Virus genome (UHGV): UHGV-0040082
DNA from: a virus
DNA: 33,970 bases
Strand: one strand, 5' to 3'
Shown here in pieces: positions 26,840-33,970 of the stretch (its first letter is position 1; every line of letters starts with the position of its first letter). The position numbers and the translations under genes are program-made. The notes under the pieces were generated by a model that was not told the origin of the DNA, made no database searches, and saw only the letters and a program-made list of their open reading frames with translations.

Positions 26840-27143
26840 ATTCTATCTCCTATGATTAGAGTGAACGCGCGGGCGGGCATCCCATTAGCATTAGATAGCA
26901 GTGACTGACCGCTCAACAGATCCCGCCGTTGCGTGATATTTGTTTTTCGCTTCGCAGCGACACCGGATTTTTAAAGAGCTTAAGGCGTCGGCCTTTTTGT
27001 GCTTTCCCTTATCTTTTTCCTTGCATCATTGCAAGTATGGCTTTACCTTGTCAGCAAGTTTACAGAATGGCGCTAACGGGTCAAGACTTAAAAAACACGT
27101 TTTGTGACTTGCATCAAAATTTTTTAGGTTATAGGGTAGCGAC
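26840..27143. promoter_or_regulatory. Divergent control region between Cro-position gene and repressor gene
   Basis: 304-bp intergenic region between divergent starts; repeated element CTTGCATCA at 27019-27027 and 27109-27117, the first within inverted repeat TTGCA-N4-TGCAA; weak TTGCAT/TATAGG promoter-like pair just before the repressor ATG. Confidence 0.45.
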
Positions 27144-27647
27144 ATGAAAACAAAATGGTATGACTTAGCAAAACAACTCATGCGGGCGCAGGGCATGAGC
27201 CAGGATTCATTGGCTGATCTTATGGGGATAACCAAAGGCGGCCTTTCTCACTGGCTGAACGGTCGCCGTGAGCCGAATCTTGAAGATATTGCGCGTATCA
27301 TGCGGGCGCTTGGGCGTCGGCAATTCACTGTTACTCATGACGGAATGGTCATTGATGATTCTGTTTCTAACACGTTGCTGGGAGCGCCACCGCGTGATTT
27401 AGGCAGTTATCCGGTTGTTGACTGGAAGGATGTAGCAAACAATATGGAAGGCACACACCGATCAACATTGCCACACGTTGCTACTAGCGTTATTTGTTCG
27501 GATGATAGTTATTGGCTGGTTGCTAAAGGTGAATCAATGAACGCACCGCAGGGGTTAAGCATCCCGGCGGGGACTATGATACTCGTTGACCCGCACGCGC
27601 CAGCTATTGACGGAAAACTTGTTATAGCACAACTGGAGGAAGGGTAG
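27144..27647 (+). CDS. CI-like repressor (HTH plus S24 peptidase domain), ended prematurely by in-frame TAG
   Basis: N-terminal HTH (MSQDSLADLMGITKGGLSHWLNGRREP), S24 Ser motif GESM; TAG at 27645-27647 comes before the expected catalytic Lys segment. Confidence 0.75.
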   Translation: MKTKWYDLAKQLMRAQGMSQDSLADLMGITKGGLSHWLNGRREPNLEDIARIMRALGRRQFTVTHDGMVIDDSVSNTLLGAPPRDLGSYPVVDWKDVANNMEGTHRSTLPHVATSVICSDDSYWLVAKGESMNAPQGLSIPAGTMILVDPHAPAIDGKLVIAQLEEG

Positions 27648-27791
27648 ATACCTACGTTTAAGCAGTTGATTATTGATGGAGGCCGAAAACTTTTGCGTTC
27701 GCTTAATCCGCTGTATCCGCCAATCCCTATGAATCCAGAATCAAAAATATTGGGCGTGGTGGTTGATGCGAAGATCGTAAACCTGCCATAA
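27648..27791 (+). other. In-frame continuation of the repressor reading frame after the TAG
   Basis: Same frame translates to IPTFKQLIIDGGRKLLRSLNPLYPPIPMNPESKILGVVVDAKIVNLP, resembling the C-terminus of lambda CI (..FTFKKLI..LQPLNPQYP.I.....VVGKV..), ending at TAA 27789-27791. Confidence 0.7.
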
Positions 27792-27797
27792 ACATTA

Positions 27798-27818
27798 GCC
27801 GCCGGATGGCGGCTTTTC
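27798..27818 (+). terminator. Rho-independent terminator after the repressor frame
   Basis: Hairpin gccgcc-ggat-ggcggc followed by ttttctt. Confidence 0.65.
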
Positions 27819-27915
27819 TTCGCCCAAAAAAACACCAAAACGTAAACAGAAAACGCTATTTATTGTTTAGATATCAATAGCATATAAAATATTTTAAAAA
27901 AGTATACAAAATGGA

Positions 27916-27944
27916 TTGACTCGGTGTTTTACGGGGCGTATATT
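27916..27944 (+). promoter_or_regulatory. Near-consensus sigma70-type promoter (pL-like) for the plus-strand early operon
   Basis: TTGACT (27916-27921), 17-nt spacer, TATATT (27939-27944). Confidence 0.6.
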
Positions 27945-28198
27945 GCGAATCAAAGGAAGGGCGTAGGTAACAAAAGCAGCTTCCTGGCACTTTAAAAATC
28001 AGGCTTAACACCTTGTCAACCGTGGAGTAACTCCCCGATGGGGGACCGAAAGCGGCACTGATAACAAGGCGCATGGGGTGTTTAAAGCGTTACATCCCCC
28101 ACGAAACCGCACGCAAGGCGACGAGTCAGCTTGCTTGGAGTGAGCAAGGTCACACCGGAAACGGCGATGATTGCGGGATTAGTTGAAAGATGTTAAGC

Positions 28199-28236
28199 CG
28201 CTCATTAAAAATCTGGTCAGCCGCTGGAAGTGCGGC
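28199..28236 (+). promoter_or_regulatory. Candidate nut-like site (boxA-like plus boxB-like hairpin)
   Basis: CGCTCATTA (28199-28207; compare lambdoid boxA CGCTCTTA), then hairpin GCCGC-tggaagt-GCGGC at 28220-28236, about 55 nt upstream of the N-like gene. Confidence 0.4.
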
Positions 28237-28292
28237 AATTAACGAAGATGATTTTTTATTAAGTTTCATCAAGGATATACGGAGATCAGATT

Positions 28293-28583
28293 ATGAGCGT
28301 TACAATTATGTATGGAAAATGTGATAGCAAAATGAACGCCAGGGAACGCAGAAGGATAAAAAGAGAAAACGAAAGAAAATCATCACCTGCAATTAATAAA
28401 ACAGACAATGTGGATAAAGCTATTCGATTTGCAAACGAGGAAAGGTGCAAACCAAATAGCATTAAAGAACGTCGCAAAGGATCAGTAAAATGGTATACGG
28501 AAAATGAAAGCGGCAGCTACTACCACGCAACGCAACCACGCCATTTAGGGGAGAAACCCCTGGATAAAGTCCGTTACCATTAA
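28293..28583 (+). CDS. N-like antiterminator candidate (arginine-rich motif protein)
   Basis: 96 aa; N-terminal arginine-rich segment NARERRRIKRENERK; first gene downstream of the pL-like promoter and nut-like site; RBS GGAG. Confidence 0.45.
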   Translation: MSVTIMYGKCDSKMNARERRRIKRENERKSSPAINKTDNVDKAIRFANEERCKPNSIKERRKGSVKWYTENESGSYYHATQPRHLGEKPLDKVRYH

Positions 28584-28732
28584 TACAAAATGTAAACATT
28601 CGGAGGTGACATTATGGTTATTCAGGCGCTTCAATTCAAACTGGCAGTAGCGGAAATGCTTCACGATGCCGAAATGTGGAGCGCCGCGAATAAAGCCTTA
28701 TACATAGTGTTAACAGCGAAGGAGATTAAAGA

Positions 28733-29374
28733 GTGAAAACAGAGTTACACAAAAAGCTGTGGACGATTCAGCAAACACTGAACGCTCCAAAGGGGCAATA
28801 CAATAAGTTCGGTGGATATTCATACCGATCAGCGGAGGATATTTTAGAGGCTGTAAAACCACTACTTCAAAATGTCACGTTGATGGTTAGTGATGAAATT
28901 GTCCTGATTGGTGATCGCTATTATGTGAAAGCTACGGCAACACTAAGCGACGGTGAGGATTCAATTTCAGCAACTGCATTTGCAAGGGAAGAAAAAGAGC
29001 AAAAAGGGATGACGGCTGGGCAGCTAACTGGCGCGACATCAAGTTACGCGCGGAAATATGCCCTGAACGGCCTGTTCTGTATAGACGATGCGAAAGATTT
29101 AGATACTGACGCTTACGCTAAGCAGACTGGCCAGCAGCCTCGCCAGCAGAAAAACCCACCAAAACAACAACCACAGCAGCAGAAAGCGCCGCCAAATCCT
29201 GATGAGGTGTTAGCGCGTTTCTGTGATGCGGCAGCGAAAGCGCAGGACGCTAACAAGTTACGCGAGATCTTCGGGAAGTGCTGGAAACTACTTCCTAAAG
29301 ATTCAGAGCAGCAACAGAAAGCCAAAGACGTTTATGATATTCGCTTAAAAGAGATTAACGGGGAGATCGGTTAA
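28733..29374 (+). CDS. erf: ERF-family single-strand annealing protein
   Basis: GTG start with AAGGAG RBS; N-terminal two-thirds resemble recalled P22 Erf (LNAPK.QYN.FG.Y.YRS.EDILE.VKPLL, IVLIGDRYYVKATAT, GATSSYARKY.LNGLF.IDDAKD); Gln/Pro-rich linker. Confidence 0.8.
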   Translation: MKTELHKKLWTIQQTLNAPKGQYNKFGGYSYRSAEDILEAVKPLLQNVTLMVSDEIVLIGDRYYVKATATLSDGEDSISATAFAREEKEQKGMTAGQLTGATSSYARKYALNGLFCIDDAKDLDTDAYAKQTGQQPRQQKNPPKQQPQQQKAPPNPDEVLARFCDAAAKAQDANKLREIFGKCWKLLPKDSEQQQKAKDVYDIRLKEINGEIG

Positions 29375-29778
29375 TGAGCTTAAATTTAATCACACTTGGC
29401 GGTAATATCGGAAATGATATGGAAATTCATTACACGCAAAACGGTAAAGCTATTGGTAGCTTTCCGTTAGCTGTAACGAATGGCTACGGTGATAATAAAC
29501 GGACAATGTGGATCACTTGCCTGGTATTTGGCGAGCGTGCGGAAAAATTAGCGCCACATATCCGTAAGGGTGGAAAAATAGTGGTAAGCGGTCGCCTGGA
29601 TGTTCGGCAATATGACCGGAACGACGGCACGAAGGGAACTGCGGTAGAAGTGGCGGTCAATGAGTTTGAGTTCATGGCTGTTAACCAGCAAGGCCAGCAG
29701 CAGAAAGCGCCGCCGCAGCAGCAGAATAATAACGGGAATAATGTTCCTCCTGACTTCGATGACGACATCCCGTTTTAA
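29374..29778 (+). CDS. ssb: Single-stranded DNA-binding protein
   Basis: OB-fold-like N-terminal region, Gln/Gly/Asn-rich linker, acidic C-terminal tail DFDDDIPF as in E. coli SSB. Confidence 0.85.
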   Translation: MSLNLITLGGNIGNDMEIHYTQNGKAIGSFPLAVTNGYGDNKRTMWITCLVFGERAEKLAPHIRKGGKIVVSGRLDVRQYDRNDGTKGTAVEVAVNEFEFMAVNQQGQQQKAPPQQQNNNGNNVPPDFDDDIPF

Positions 29779-29793
29779 ATCAATAGGTTAGCG

Positions 29794-30072
29794 ATGGTTG
29801 ATTATTTAAAAACGCCACCGCCACCGCGAACAAAAGAGCAAGTATTAAAAGAAGCCCGTGATCAAATCGATCGCGGGCTTTTTTTATGCGGCACGGCAGC
29901 GGAACGGATGGCAAAAAGATTTAGTGACCTGTACGCAAAACAAATATGGTTCGACAACTGGCAGGCAAGTTTTTACCCACTGCAAAGAAAACCGGATATG
30001 CACTGGCCTGAATATGTCGATCCACGTATGCGCAAATATCGCGGGCGTATGGGCCAGGTCATTAACGATTAA
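29794..30072 (+). CDS. Hypothetical protein (92 aa)
   Basis: ORF in early-left operon; no domain recognised. Confidence 0.4.
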   Translation: MVDYLKTPPPPRTKEQVLKEARDQIDRGLFLCGTAAERMAKRFSDLYAKQIWFDNWQASFYPLQRKPDMHWPEYVDPRMRKYRGRMGQVIND

Positions 30073-30311
30073 TGAGGTATCAAATCATGATCGAAGAAAA
30101 AGAAGTTGATAAAGAAGTGCCTGACACGGCTGATGACTTTGTTACTTTTGACGGCGGTCTGTATGAGTCCGATACGTCGGCTGGGTGGACGGATAAGTGG
30201 CCGCAATTAACAAAAGAGGAGCTTCTAAGCAGAAACAGTTTTGGTAGTGACAAAGAACGGCTGGCTAATAACAAATGGCTTGATAAGTTAATTGCGGAGG
30301 GTGGCAAATGA
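30072..30311 (+). CDS. Hypothetical acidic protein (79 aa)
   Basis: ORF overlapping neighbours by start/stop; no domain recognised. Confidence 0.4.
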   Translation: MRYQIMIEEKEVDKEVPDTADDFVTFDGGLYESDTSAGWTDKWPQLTKEELLSRNSFGSDKERLANNKWLDKLIAEGGK

Positions 30312-30421
30312 GCTTTGCAAAAATTGCCGCATTGCTTGCGGCTTTATCTATCGCCGTGCTGTATCTCAGCGTATCTCTTTATATCACGGTAGCGATCATT
30401 AAACTCATTACTAACATGTGA
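30308..30421 (+). CDS. Possible 37-aa hydrophobic membrane peptide
   Basis: MSFAKIAALLAALSIAVLYLSVSLYITVAIIKLITNM; ATG overlaps the upstream stop (ATGA). Confidence 0.3.
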   Translation: MSFAKIAALLAALSIAVLYLSVSLYITVAIIKLITNM

Positions 30422-30429
30422 GGCCAATC

Positions 30430-30549
30430 ATGAAAGTCGGTAAGGATATTGTGACTGTCGCGTTTTGCATTATTTGCTTCCCGTTTGTGGTTGTTTCTTG
30501 TGGCGCATTTGCTGTGCTGGTTAGCTTTATTTTCAGAGGATTGCTGTGA
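30430..30549 (+). CDS. Possible 39-aa hydrophobic membrane peptide
   Basis: MKVGKDIVTVAFCIICFPFVVVSCGAFAVLVSFIFRGLL; RBS GAGG 6 nt upstream; stop overlaps the next start. Confidence 0.3.
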   Translation: MKVGKDIVTVAFCIICFPFVVVSCGAFAVLVSFIFRGLL

Positions 30550-30821
30550 TGAAAATATGGGATGCAAAGGCTGGTGATCTTGTTGTGTTGCCTGAATATC
30601 GTGATGACCCTGGCCTGGTTGTACTGAATAAGATGTATGACGATCTAGAGCGCCCGCTAGTGGTTAAATACCTGGACGGAACAATCATCGAACCGCGCTA
30701 CTTTGATGATATTGAACTGAAGGCCCGCAATGTTCGCGTTAAGCCGTTCCGGGCTTATGCTGAAAACCACTGGCGGAAATTGTTCGCCGGACTGAATGGG
30801 ATGTTCGGTGTATGGCTATAA
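30546..30821 (+). CDS. Hypothetical protein (91 aa)
   Basis: ORF; no domain recognised. Confidence 0.4.
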   Translation: MMKIWDAKAGDLVVLPEYRDDPGLVVLNKMYDDLERPLVVKYLDGTIIEPRYFDDIELKARNVRVKPFRAYAENHWRKLFAGLNGMFGVWL

Positions 30822-31003
30822 AATTAGTGAAAGTTAAAGATTTAAAAGGCGGCGAAAAGATCCGCACGTGGTATGGGTATAAATTTATTATAGCTGCCTT
30901 TTCTTTTGGGCCTGGTGGTCAAGTAACATTATTTGATGAGGAAGATGATGAGGTGGGGCAATGGCATCTTGAACAATATGTTGAGGTGTTAAATGAAAAT
31001 TAA
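30812..31003 (+). CDS. Hypothetical protein (63 aa)
   Basis: ORF overlapping neighbours; no domain recognised. Confidence 0.35.
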   Translation: MAIKLVKVKDLKGGEKIRTWYGYKFIIAAFSFGPGGQVTLFDEEDDEVGQWHLEQYVEVLNEN

Positions 31004-31325
31004 ATTTCATAAAGCGTATGATTCAGTTACTAACAAGTTATCGCTATTTATTGAGTTCGAGCGCAGGATCGTTGTTGTTCCTTATTCGCGTCGCTTCAAT
31101 GATGCGGCAGGGCGGCGACAGTTCGCGTTAGACATGCTGTTGCGCGGTTGCGGCCTTATGCGCCCGCTATCTGATTTAAAACGGATGATGCCTGGATCGT
31201 TCGGTCAGATTGATGAAATTGAAATAAACCAGGAAGAGCTAAAACGGGCGCGTGATTTGTTCCTTTCAAGCGAAGGAAACCCGTTCAATCCAGAAACTGA
31301 AATGAAATGGCATCACCCACTATAA
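30993..31325 (+). CDS. Hypothetical protein (110 aa)
   Basis: ORF; no domain recognised. Confidence 0.4.
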   Translation: MKIKFHKAYDSVTNKLSLFIEFERRIVVVPYSRRFNDAAGRRQFALDMLLRGCGLMRPLSDLKRMMPGSFGQIDEIEINQEELKRARDLFLSSEGNPFNPETEMKWHHPL

Positions 31326-31338
31326 AAGGATAAATATC

Positions 31339-31959
31339 ATGAAAGACATCAAAACGGCTTATTCACTCGGCAGCGAAGGCATGTTAATCACTCGCTACAC
31401 TGAAGATGCAAGTTTTCATGAAGTAGAAATTAAAGATTATCACGAAGTATTAAAAGATATGGAAGCTGGCGCGTATGACGCTGATTTGAATCTGGCGCTA
31501 CAGGTTGTTGATATTGTGATGGGTGCGTCAATCCGCGATTACGTGTCTTTAAGTATGGAAGAAAAAACATCGGTAGCGCGTTATGTATTCTCTCTTACTT
31601 TTGTGAAGCGCATGGAGGAAGAATTCGGACGCGTACCAGTGCTGGAAGAGGTTGATCCGCTCGCGTTCGGAAGTGCTGTTATTTTCCCGTTGAACAAGGA
31701 TCAGTTTGGTAGTGTTTCACTGCATTCTATGCGCGGCCTGATGAAAAACATCTTTGAAGTTAAGATGTTGCAGAAATGCATTGAGGAAGGCCACAAAGAA
31801 GAAGAAGTAAAAGCGTTTATGCCGCTGTTTTACGGTGAAATGGTTGGCAATGATATGCGCGCAAATGATTTCGGTGTACAGGCGGCTATCGCTGTGCTTA
31901 ATGATGCACGGAAAAACGCACAGCCGATGCCTGAACAGGAAAAACGTGTACTGCATTAA
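31339..31959 (+). CDS. Hypothetical protein (206 aa)
   Basis: ORF with plausible RBS; no domain recognised. Confidence 0.45.
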   Translation: MKDIKTAYSLGSEGMLITRYTEDASFHEVEIKDYHEVLKDMEAGAYDADLNLALQVVDIVMGASIRDYVSLSMEEKTSVARYVFSLTFVKRMEEEFGRVPVLEEVDPLAFGSAVIFPLNKDQFGSVSLHSMRGLMKNIFEVKMLQKCIEEGHKEEEVKAFMPLFYGEMVGNDMRANDFGVQAAIAVLNDARKNAQPMPEQEKRVLH

Positions 31960-32057
31960 CCGAGTGATTCCGATTACATAAATATACATTATGTATTGTG
32001 ATCGCATATCCGTTTTGTAAGCCAAAATCAAAAGGTTTACGGTGCGGAGGAAGCAAA

Positions 32058-32276
32058 ATGGAACGCGAATTGATGCTTTATTGTGTTGAGGGTGGAGTAG
32101 GTCACGATGCCTACGTCGCCGGGAAAGGCTATCCAGCCGATGAAGTGCTTTCTAATATGCACTTCCGGGAAAATGAAAGCCGGGTGTCTGTGTGGAAACG
32201 GTGCATTGATGGTATTGAGGTTGTAAGCATCGAACGGTATTTAGGCACGTTTGATTACGGTGTTATTGAGGCTTAA
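32058..32276 (+). CDS. Hypothetical protein (about 72 aa)
   Basis: Start placed at the internal ATG (MEREL) preceded by GGAGG. Confidence 0.35.
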   Translation: MERELMLYCVEGGVGHDAYVAGKGYPADEVLSNMHFRENESRVSVWKRCIDGIEVVSIERYLGTFDYGVIEA

Positions 32277-32374
32277 TTATGGACGACACATTGTTTTATA
32301 TGTGCTGTTGCTGGGGTTTTATTGCCTTATGCCTGTTTATCAGGTGGTTTATTGAATACCATATGAGGTGATAT

Positions 32375-32566
32375 ATGAAAAAGGTTGGCGAATACATGAT
32401 ACCGGATAACGCTAAATTAGCCGGAATCGGTCAATTTGGTTGTTATTACTATAACTGTGTCGGTGATATTTATCAGGTTAGTATTGTTGGTGGTGTACAG
32501 CATTTTCGTCTTATGCACTTTGAATTAAGCGCACTTAAAAAGGCGGTGTTAATGTATGAAGTTTAA
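32375..32566 (+). CDS. Hypothetical protein (63 aa)
   Basis: ORF; no domain recognised. Confidence 0.35.
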   Translation: MKKVGEYMIPDNAKLAGIGQFGCYYYNCVGDIYQVSIVGGVQHFRLMHFELSALKKAVLMYEV

Positions 32567-32759
32567 ACAATATAAAGAATGGAAGATTCCAGAATCAGCA
32601 ACAAAGGCAGCGCCCGGAATATTTTCGGGCGTTTATTTTTATATGGAAGGTAAATGGTATTTCGGCAGCAGGCCGGATCACTATTATCAAGAAGTGTGCA
32701 AATCTCACACATGGGACATTAATGAGCGCGTGCAAGGCGGTGTAATAGACGAGGTTTAA
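32556..32759 (+). CDS. Hypothetical protein (67 aa)
   Basis: ORF; no domain recognised. Confidence 0.35.
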   Translation: MKFKQYKEWKIPESATKAAPGIFSGVYFYMEGKWYFGSRPDHYYQEVCKSHTWDINERVQGGVIDEV

Positions 32760-32760
32760 A

Positions 32761-32997
32761 ATGGTTAAGAGCTTTTTTAACTGGTTGGGGGCGTGGCTTT
32801 TGGCTACGCTTTTTGTTTTCCTGGCGGCCCTGACTGCTATCGGTGTTATCATGCTGGGGGCTATGTTTATTACGTGGTCGCTGCCTGAATTTAACGACAT
32901 TGGGAATATTCTTTTTGCAGCCCGCGCTTTATTGGCTGTTAGCGCATTCATTGGTTTTTGCTGGACTGTAGCGCCTGATTGGGGTGATGAATGGTGA
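32761..32997 (+). CDS. Small membrane protein (two predicted TM helices)
   Basis: 78 aa with two hydrophobic segments. Confidence 0.4.
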   Translation: MVKSFFNWLGAWLLATLFVFLAALTAIGVIMLGAMFITWSLPEFNDIGNILFAARALLAVSAFIGFCWTVAPDWGDEW

Positions 32998-33235
32998 TCC
33001 TATGGCTTTGTTCAATATGTCAGAACTGCAATTTAATGCCGTAAAAGCTGCCGCCCGCGCTGCGCTTTCTGCCTGCAAAGCGGAGGTAGAAAGAAACGGC
33101 TACAGCGATAAAGCTACGCGGCTGATATTAGAAAAGCATTATCGCAAGGTCGCCCCACTAATCAGTATTGAGCGTTTTATCTGGTTGGTGGGATATTTGA
33201 ACAACCGTTGGGGAACGGAACAGGACTATTTCTAG
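32984..33235 (+). CDS. Hypothetical protein (83 aa)
   Basis: ORF; no domain recognised. Confidence 0.35.
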   Translation: MMNGDPMALFNMSELQFNAVKAAARAALSACKAEVERNGYSDKATRLILEKHYRKVAPLISIERFIWLVGYLNNRWGTEQDYF

Positions 33236-33247
33236 TGGGTGGTCATA

Positions 33248-33787
33248 ATGAAAAATGATTTTGGAGGCAGCAGTACGCCGAAGGAAATTAAAGACCTGTG
33301 GCAGACACCTAAACCAGTTTTTAGAGGAATGGATCGTGAGTTTGAATTTGTCGCTGACGTGGCGGCAAACAAGGCAAACGCATTAATCCCGCGATATATA
33401 ACCGAAGAAATGGACACGCTGCATTATCCGTGGGGAGCGGTGGCAATGCCTGGTGAGTATGTCTGGATGAATCCACCATATTCGAACCCGGGGCCATTCG
33501 TTGATAAAGCGGCGCTTGAACACAGCCGAAACCACATCGGTTGCGTAATGTTATTGCCCGCTGACATTTCTGTTAGCTGGTTTATGAACGGCGTTGAGAC
33601 GGCAAACGAATGCAGATTAATAACGCGCGGGCGGCTGGCTTTTATAAATGCTGCGACTGGTAAGCCAGTTAGCGGAAACAATAAAGGGAGCTTGTTTTTG
33701 ATCTGGCATCCACGGTGCAGACATGAATGTATTTTCACGCAGATAACACGTAAAGAGCTATATGCAAGAGGTGCAGATAATGACTAG
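33248..33787 (+). CDS. Phage Dam-type DNA N6-adenine methyltransferase
   Basis: NPPY motif (WMNPPYS) and surrounding sequence typical of the phage orphan N6-adenine methyltransferase family; ATG at 33248 with GGGTGG RBS. Confidence 0.7.
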   Translation: MKNDFGGSSTPKEIKDLWQTPKPVFRGMDREFEFVADVAANKANALIPRYITEEMDTLHYPWGAVAMPGEYVWMNPPYSNPGPFVDKAALEHSRNHIGCVMLLPADISVSWFMNGVETANECRLITRGRLAFINAATGKPVSGNNKGSLFLIWHPRCRHECIFTQITRKELYARGADND

Positions 33788-33970
33788 TGCAGCAGATTTA
33801 TTACGACTTGCAGCGGAAACAATTGAGCAAAGAGGCAAACAAAACGGCTACGACAGAAAAGAGGAAAAATCAGCGCCAAAAATAGCCACTATATACAACG
33901 CTAAGAAGGGGAAAAATTTAACCCCACTTGATGTATGGGATCTGATGATTTGTCTTAAGGAGGCGCGTTT
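33780..33970 (+). CDS. Hypothetical protein (3' end outside window)
   Basis: ATG at 33780 overlapping the upstream stop; frame open to the window end. Confidence 0.3.
   Translation, partial: MTSAADLLRLAAETIEQRGKQNGYDRKEEKSAPKIATIYNAKKGKNLTPLDVWDLMICLKEAR

Larger units (their letters stand above)
1..33970. mobile_element. Temperate lambdoid-type phage / prophage DNA (entire window)
   Basis: Contiguous phage modules: lambda-like tail genes (H/M/L/K/I/J homologs), CI-like repressor, O-like initiator with iterons, DnaB helicase, NinB, Erf, SSB, Bro-N antirepressors. No host housekeeping genes seen. Confidence 0.85.

Noticed and set aside
27509-27838. 109-aa minus-strand ORF overlapping the 3' part of the repressor gene
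   Set aside because: Antisense to the S24 domain coding region, whose plus-frame translation matches CI-type repressors; no start context.
27950-28290. Long non-coding leader examined for tRNA or small RNA genes
   Set aside because: No tRNA-like T-arm or cloverleaf features seen; region better explained as a promoter-proximal leader with a nut-like element. An sRNA cannot be excluded without expression data.
1-33970. Integrase, excisionase or attachment site
   Set aside because: No tyrosine or serine recombinase-like ORF or tRNA-associated att repeat recognised in the window; these may lie outside it.

Overview
The whole window reads as temperate, lambda-like siphovirus (prophage) DNA from an enterobacterial host. 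Left half (1-17.6 kb, + strand): a lambda-type tail module (chaperone-like ORF, tape measure, M, L, K, I, a 1849-aa J-like host-specificity protein, and a side tail fiber with a C-terminal self-cleaving chaperone domain), interrupted by several small opposite-strand cassettes with their own promoters and terminators. Right half: an immunity/replication region. The - strand early operon (17.8-26.8 kb) carries an O-like initiator with internal origin iterons, AntA and Bro-N antirepressor-like genes, an HTH-metallophosphoesterase fusion, a second HNH endonuclease, a DnaB-family helicase, an AT-rich unknown gene and NinB. Divergent from it (+ strand) are a CI-like repressor interrupted by an in-frame TAG, a terminator, a near-consensus promoter, a nut-like site, an N-like protein, Erf, SSB, many small ORFs and a Dam-type methyltransferase. 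No tRNA, rRNA, CRISPR array, integrase or att site was recognised. The most unusual items are the amber-interrupted repressor, the self-contained three-gene antisense cassette between tail genes M and L, the ~700-aa tandem-repeat insert in J, the HTH-phosphoesterase fusion, and a 9-nt motif (ACAAAATGG) seen eight times near promoters and gene starts. All calls rest on reading the sequence and recalled protein-family features; no database search was run.
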